DNA of 37,686 nucleotides from a virus (taxonomy: Duplodnaviria > Caudoviricetes), in IMG/VR virus record IMGVR_UViG_3300034104_002149, positions 1-37,686 of that record. One strand, given 5' to 3'. Positions 36,401-37,686 of this stretch are shown here, in pieces (the first letter of the stretch is position 1; each line of letters begins with the position of its first letter). The notes beneath the pieces are model-generated. The model saw only the letters and a list, made by a program, of their open reading frames with translations. It did no database searches and was not told where the DNA came from. A program made the position numbers and the translations under genes.

Positions 36401-37622
36401 GCGGTTCCGGCTGTTTGTCTACTTCGTCGATACCCTCGGGGCTAACGGCCAAGTGACGCTGGACGAAGCCAAGGCGATTGCCAATTTTATCAACGTATCG
36501 ACCGGCAGAGGGGACTTCGGGAGTTTTAACAAGGTAGCCGCAAACCTCAGCACCGTCTTGTTCGCACCTAGATACCTCGCATCTCGCTTCGCATATCTAG
36601 GGTTGCCGTTCTACATGCTTCAGGATGCCAAGGTTTCCGGCAGGGTTAAGCGGCTCATCGCCATGGAGTACGCTCGGCATGCCCTCGGTGTGGCTGGATT
36701 CCTAGCAACCGCCGTGGCACTCGGAGGATTACTGTACGACGACGATGACGAGGAATCGCCAACCGTCGAACTGGATCCGCGATCGACCGACTTCATGAAA
36801 CTCAAGATTGGAGAGACGCGAATCGACCCGCTGTCCGGCTTTGGTCAAATCGCTACGTTCATCTCGCAAGTTAGCCTTGGCCAGAAAAAGACGATGGAAG
36901 GCGAGATCATTGACATTCGCGGTGAGAAGAAGAAGTACGGGCAAGACGGCACATTCGATGTGACAGCCAACTTTATCCGCAAGAAACTCGCACCGATCCC
37001 CGCCGCTGGCATTAACATCATTGCCGGCGAGGATGTTGTTGGCAACAAAGCAACGGTAGCCACAGCGACCACAGGACTGTTCATTCCTCTGGCTGCACGG
37101 GAAGTCGTTGAAACGCTGATGGCTCGTGGTGTGCCAGAAGGCCCAGCGATCGCCATGCTGAACATCCTCGGGATGAGCGGTGGAACTTACGGCCCAAAGA
37201 CCAAGTACAAAAACGCCAACGCAGAGGAACGCAAAAAGCTGATCGAGAAGGATCTCGAAGCGATGGAATGGGACTCGAAGGATCCAGGCTACAAGGACTT
37301 CTTGACCAAGGACGAGCTTGAGCGATTCAAGCAGCGACGAGAGCAACGCAAGCAATCGCTAGTCTACTCTGCTTCAGCCAACCCGAAACGCAAAGACTTC
37401 CAGGACGACACGACCTACGCCAAGGCTGTTGCAGAGAGAGACAAGGCACTCAAGACCATGGTTGATGGAAAGATCGGGCCAGAAGAGGCAAGATTGCTAC
37501 TGCTGGCATACTGGCGCAGGAACAACAAAACCCTGTACGAGCGCAAAGGTCAGGTGCTTGTGATGAAGGACGCATTGGTCGAAAGATTGCGTCAAATTAC
37601 GCAAAAATTGAATCAAAAATAA
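21444..37622 (+). CDS. Giant polyvalent virion-associated protein (5392 aa): DarB-like N6-adenine MTase, SNF2 helicase, two ART-like domains, HExxH motif, C-terminal LPD-type helical region
   Basis: Uninterrupted 16.2-kb ORF. MTase motifs ELGAGVG (27261) and GNVPF (27453). Helicase motifs LRPYQ, HAVGSGKT (29328), DEAH (29823), TGTP and QREGRILRFGN. WFGDSKVVD..G.PLVVYHG occurs twice, and HEFFH is at 33588. Confidence 0.9.
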   Translation: MSDFLELFKKRLQERESGSLASFPAQESSGTPGSLGAPPQTYEDPRERAIMEKRTKDSGNDFLDLFSLRLAEKQIENRRQQRAYAEKAPKEIVEPTKQMLASRKDRSKLLEVYRKLTPEQRQEALRVAPGIGQQMGDDRGGMPSRIAESFGLGITQMVSQPYMELAGTGGTKEEIEFIRKLDAIAAQEFDPALPSDPWYERGPLQAAQMTPWMATIVGSGGLGGVIGKGGGTLLARGAATGVPGAKTAFQTAGAIGRVPTAIGLKGATTKGVFQGAGTLAGITAAGFPGMYAQEVDQLKELGMEDDWKLRLLAGGTAVVGGAVEGIIPNPFGGKVNFTQGAMKAARQYLWESIKKAPAEMSEEYIQGVTSGLGEHIAQYIADEKEIDFGDGEKVKSGVKKKSIADAFAKGWEQTKEAALPMAFLLGVPAVPGAGLAARKARLYELEQIRAKRFVSEKDAEEAGIEGDNRKERMANLEAEVNRITQEMQSQPSPDAEIASMVGELPPETGTVDQQGVVDRDPFEGEAGQPQVEAPITPAPLYEVAGDQNMVARVWQNPQGFLVNLTDIDSGEVFPTASIFPTFEQAKQHADTVRLPQQSQVAPPTAGDPFVEGEQQQGAQQQTPASFAARMARGEQMTLPEDQQYRINNAAEIEAELQKLMPPTGITASQPPAAQNPFEPGVLPPQGEIPDASAIRSPQEEVRQEQGGADLRGSGQEQVPAQPESQEPPAQAEVQVGELPEPKSAEEVESLPKFSLYKTTVQGKDYIAIRGDGRRGGGDELYESFEEASQKVESRRSQEQAAIEAAQKKAEQESAAAEERSKNLPSYRDWRFNSTARNSGKIVPNKVGVKFLPDQMQSIANWAKSQGFSVSNVTPTGIKVLDPSGKRLDISMYGAAGVKDEKAKAAKAQQEADRRKADEERKKKTDSRKSASWITETFGGVINDYNRNALSDFLEGDTDKFKGMVSANWRSGLEKVGALSPEGKIDWGKVKSAYASTEQAAKPETGEKPQAASQSTKPLVVKQRLKNAVRFAPDTVIPEGVPFTRGKHPAFGDYIEVFSSHLDRIPGYSKDLPSEGGRTQAKVPSTPSEMEAELRERVVEKVQLMYDTKNWNETGITAVIKTAVDAEFGALTTEVAYAGDISPELRDWINGFNASEFTGMVRSYLGRNESKPVATEKSPAQKRDERLDESEEARLFSENFIKIVADDVSKIRKQDIYRLLSEVPSERAGYFEWWLIRRRPDLAGEINEASNEILAERASQKKPAAEQPQAEGEMSVEDFVNAFAGTKQPEPKKGKKPTPVKAEPVAEEKTEYSELKQNVAGIARTIRAIKGKDVLLIEYSKYYYTWSIRNVDSKQDIAGGITDLKRAKNVAERIFAGTFDIEADKRFTITDTQSLAYSNQKLASLWDDAGRAMRFVSALRDTGFYTDGRVLIKVSEKDRDAILKSSKLSGETFPAQIQGVIDSAKKLSSYSDNEMSPAGYRGGELSIRTAVLKNKTGQYAIVDKAYHDTIMKRHPTAKIWGSEDKGQAIKQAVLYTVDGEPVGVLMPMAADKEDKYLTALLEGKYEDVKPTEAVPPKKPRTLKKEPKEGVKEGLDKAKEGAKLFIEGIKDAAKGNTPFANIPMNEKIARGLGMMADGLIEAGKYKFVDFIESVVELVGIQNARSYAKYLEAGWNKKAEFDDRLDQSQSVLALLEEKETEDGKQQGERGSDQNLPMGDGTGEPQGDGARGDSANDAERDSKKGTGPQGDQVLPTDAETTGVDGRGGGERDGTDGSVDANQPEQGSTEGTDGSGGTTDKQMGGRVAVNHVISSEDDLAVASVTESLKRNIKALQILKKLEVDGRFPDESERKSLAQYTGWGGLSQALDSIKGERMLQGSWNRDENWEKKWGDSYVKLKEILTKEEFQAAQNSTENAHYTSKDVIQSLWKIAERLGYKGGRVLELGAGVGHFAGLTPSRVRGVTQFTMVEMDSISSRIAKMLYPSHDVFSGDMQQFKAVPGSVTIGIGNVPFAGGTVADSNKRYGEPLNLHNYSIARHLDALAPGGVVVVISSHNTLDSNIKQRKLLASKGELIGAIRLPNDAFASNAKTEVVTDILVFRRPRQGDPAIGVRFDQNVDITVKNKDGKDVTKQINRYFVENPEMVLGTHSAKGSMYAADEYTVESTPGDLQSKINAAIEKLPRDILGTVSVAESVVATDASIPFGRLEMRGKNVVMGYGDSFTPIAGKKFEGFPVDLTGKTGVARAKDFIGLRDALALARETMLSEEASEDDVKSAQKKLGDAYDKYVEKHGNLNDRKTSIFKRDPDYYRVLALENEKGEYDPASKKIVITYSKASIFTERVLGPQREPTSAASPADAMSISLAWKGAIDSAYIGRLLGLDAIEAEAKLIEEGLAFRNPSTTQLEMSDLYLSGNVRSKLEQAKISAEEDPQYQKNVDALEKVLPEPVALKKDTVRLGATWIPENVISAFAAQAFGTEIGVSYNANTDSWTVGTPYGISETAKARYQTERIRPHEILAELLNLRSIKVFDKVETGESDSSGRPKTTQVLNEKETQAAKHRASVMRADFEKWVLENRDVSQVLAKIYNERYNNFVRAKYNGDFLTLPGSNPEVKLRPYQKDAIWRIINRGTALLAHAVGSGKTYTMIGAAMEMRRLGIARRPLLVVQNATLGQFATSFQKMYPNAKVLVATKEDLGKGKRQLFLNKISTGDWDAVVMAQSTLDNMASDENVERAFIQDQIDLLEESIREEGGAHSKTPTVKQLVRQKKSLQDRFDKLMGSRAKKGDNVVFEDLNVDALFLDEAHAYKKPTFATKLSNLVGLNTESSAKSLATMIKVRSVQSANNGRNVILATGTPVTNTLGEAWHMVNYVSPATNAAFNSRTFDQFISNFAMVEPTLTMNAGGQYVYKDAIVKFRNGRQLVEYINDSWDIVTPENLRAYMESNKKGFPVLRNGKLTAITVDRTPGVASFMAFIESVYARYKSLKAKERRELSFIPALAYGASKAATLDIRLVRPNAAEEKNSKLQVAADEITRIYEESMENKGTQLVFSDVKNPYSMDRINQFMGGEAISAFEVDDQMEGDVVAEEAPSDSDSFLYQELKRKLLASGIPSEQIAFISDANTDAKRQALFQRVNNGDVRILIGSTSKMGVGVNVQQKLVAIHHFDTPWLPADLEQREGRILRFGNENEIVEVLRYAMKKTLDGAIYMGTSRKQKFIWQVLNGQLDSDTFDDPSSASMLSIEEQLAAIQDDPVFFEKIEVQNRLRELELERQSFFDAQQRVADSLRNTESDLRYRRDSIIPQLKSRLDRIGEIKKKIEDAGGSLDAFSARIDGKDYTDPKKADEAVKAKLEEAKRYVAKNFDSLQTVFAAGGLLKLSRNQLVTFTIGPANVAIGLEPMYMQELNDEGKEVTKAVARARSIAYLIEPSGDYIFYEGNATVPATFFEKMGNVPNDVRREIENSEDLVVRYESKIAELKTLLGKQWEDEAEYQEKTGRLSEIEAIMLASGGSLSEKKADEKTENEPEGDSDLDNNLRNLPPPLFQTAPDVNENMWSEALNLSIAAQDAGIKSLRDFVAYSVKTIGRDRTLQVSRFLRLAAEVAGMDGVQQAAAVSGITRDQVVTMAKRAFGKRLSEDQIETGVTIEDITAFGRNEIGFAPFGTPVPEEAMAQEDFDQPSGYKFTESEYRPAVVSYARDKWGEKIAPNGKPTWQNFVRWFGDSKVVDKDGKPLVVYHGGAKTIDGNTVRTPFFYMTANRSEAEYWAGENGRVHEVYLKFTKPYRDSQHDDRFMDMEERAQDYDWDDPEFAEELREVTREAVSRMNELKGQGYNSIVMQGEADENYDNFIAFDPTQIKSATGNAGTFDPSNPNMLMQRATQTDTPAFKAWFGDSKVVDEDGNPLVVYHGRASGYDILKGGMGVRTGLHSEGIWFTPNPDFASEFAEYALPEGGAGPNVVAVYLSIKNPATVYNEELRYVRVADLKAQGYDGAYDAQTGAWIAFDSEQIKSATGNRGTFDPNNPSILMQNQQQGGSVKGWTKFISAHRALIGATSKADFSTFIHEFFHPMRLFLLNKSVPAEKRADITDEEIEALEKASGAGSFVNGKWVTKWDVKAEEKAAKMWEQYWYEGDSPNSVLDSLFQKISRWMREVYSGIQEITGTPLPKEIRDLFDKLVQRGLPADQRGGKGGEPVSRGEPVLRPVDPVTSIKNEVANRIALLRGSPGLVEPEAQTMDEWLEEASNRLRQDPTLGDRLVKELDADPTGPDQIDTAVLQMHYRGLNNALYAAQDRLFAAKDRKDSVAAAKALKEVDAITNSLEEIERVNKKIGTLQARSFAARKITLYADFSRAALERQGRAANGGERLNEEQLRQIAELAAELAKVQGDLAKAEQVIADLQRQDGVRQVVDDDLKKAPKPKAKSEPRQKAATAVQSFVKKFSSIFKPKNGSDTLMQTEDERMAEEAESVVMAYVEAGVFSYGELLANLRKEIGGELPVQAQAAFATAWEKIKAQGEIPIPMVSPGDVEGLTRIAREIQIAIIESGIVTADQEDRAEVVLDAVWRSLQEIDPEITERQTMDALSGYGQFTPISKDEMKRLQRDINGQLLQMAKIKDLEADIRPKATGAQRREMSDEERALVRQVNELKRNSKLYTEDEQGLLTTAIGAAMRATKNRIRDLRKAMDEGKPIAKTQVDLASKDKDLAEQKRILAEVTKDYREMFPRQGATKEQRLAAALRATDREIERVTEQLRTGDFSPRGRAEPVTSAELRAKQAELESLRAQRDAIKAQQNPKMSPQERAEVAYIANLKNRIADYEDRMAHGYFGAKPKKAPLESDEITKHRRRLEEKKEEFFRLAAEWRLSQLSPKERVFDWAREISFLARAIMTSMDLSAVFRQGGPGTFAHPMLAKEAAKEMRRAIFSQEEEFNIAENIKKHRLYPLAVQTKLDITTSAGAIQNQEEAFYGRWARDGIGKKGTKINKISKAVLTPVAMSARAYTTYLNGLRFRLFVYFVDTLGANGQVTLDEAKAIANFINVSTGRGDFGSFNKVAANLSTVLFAPRYLASRFAYLGLPFYMLQDAKVSGRVKRLIAMEYARHALGVAGFLATAVALGGLLYDDDDEESPTVELDPRSTDFMKLKIGETRIDPLSGFGQIATFISQVSLGQKKTMEGEIIDIRGEKKKYGQDGTFDVTANFIRKKLAPIPAAGINIIAGEDVVGNKATVATATTGLFIPLAAREVVETLMARGVPEGPAIAMLNILGMSGGTYGPKTKYKNANAEERKKLIEKDLEAMEWDSKDPGYKDFLTKDELERFKQRREQRKQSLVYSASANPKRKDFQDDTTYAKAVAERDKALKTMVDGKIGPEEARLLLLAYWRRNNKTLYERKGQVLVMKDALVERLRQITQKLNQK
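23512..23649 (+). CDS. Nested +1-frame small basic protein (45 aa) inside the giant gene
   Basis: AAGGAG at 23497-23502, a 9-nt spacer, ATG 23512 and TAG 23647-23649. Translation: MPAQYEALKRKYDKSKAAQIYVGLGKSKYQRSQRAKSLQHKRKYK. The host frame here is a low-complexity Q/E/P linker. Confidence 0.6.
   Translation: MPAQYEALKRKYDKSKAAQIYVGLGKSKYQRSQRAKSLQHKRKYK
26539..26865 (+). CDS. Nested +1-frame TnpV-like helical protein (108 aa) inside the giant gene
   Basis: AAGGA at 26526-26530, 8 nt before ATG 26539. Translation: MESNKVSVDPIKTSQWEMALENLKEMEPEATRQMMRNGTLKKELDRRVIRYFQLTQKLQASMDEEAANETAQMEVLTP... The host frame is a G/D/E/R-rich disordered linker over nearly the same span. Confidence 0.65.
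   Translation: MESNKVSVDPIKTSQWEMALENLKEMEPEATRQMMRNGTLKKELDRRVIRYFQLTQKLQASMDEEAANETAQMEVLTPINPSKDRQKALTEAEELQISKWAVGLQSTT
32547..33485 (+). repeat. Tandem duplicated ADP-ribosyltransferase-like module within the giant gene
   Basis: Two units (about 32547-33032 and 33045-33485) with near-identical ends: TGGTTTGGyGATAGCAAGGTGGTGGA at the start and QIKSATGN.GTFDP.NP..LMQ at the end. The middles are divergent. Confidence 0.85.
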
Positions 37623-37645
37623 CGTCAAAAATTCCCAGGGTGCTA

Positions 37646-37673
37646 TTGCATGGTGGGGTCTGCGTGCTAGGAT
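37646..37673 (+). promoter_or_regulatory. Possible sigma70-type promoter for the next module
   Basis: TTGCAT, a 16-nt spacer, then TAGGAT preceded by TG-n (extended -10), just after the giant gene's stop. Confidence 0.35.
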
Positions 37674-37686
37674 ACTGTCGTGCTGG

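Noticed and set aside
1-37686. CRISPR array, tRNA genes, diversity-generating retroelement, integrase/transposase, intein
   Set aside because: No regularly spaced repeats, cloverleaf, reverse-transcriptase, recombinase or intein splice motifs were seen by eye. A dedicated scan was not possible.

Overview
A single + strand block of about 21 tightly packed genes that reads as the virion-morphogenesis and ejection region of a tailed phage or prophage. It is probably short-tailed: adaptor, nozzle and fibre candidates are present, and no tail tube or sheath is recognisable. The host is plausibly a Planctomycete, based on an SHD1-like domain and CCC-type Cys-rich proteins. Gene order: end of a probable major capsid gene, head-associated beta-sandwich protein, subtilisin (S8) protease, small membrane or secreted proteins, LamG protein, adaptor/nozzle/fibre candidates, a coiled-coil protein, two Cys-rich proteins, an Erv/Alr-like plus double glycosyltransferase fusion, a Q/P-rich SHD1 protein, and a 5392-aa polyvalent protein. 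The giant protein carries a DarB-like N6-MTase and SNF2 helicase, two ADP-ribosyltransferase-like domains and an HExxH motif. Three observations stand out. (1) Two small genes with their own Shine-Dalgarno sites appear overprinted in the +1 frame inside linkers of the giant gene: a 45-aa basic peptide and a 108-aa TnpV-like protein. (2) A possible phage-encoded disulfide-forming and glycosylation cassette sits beside the Cys-rich genes. (3) Recurring L/M-x-Q motifs at domain boundaries of the giant protein could be processing sites. All family assignments come from reading motifs by eye, not from database searches.
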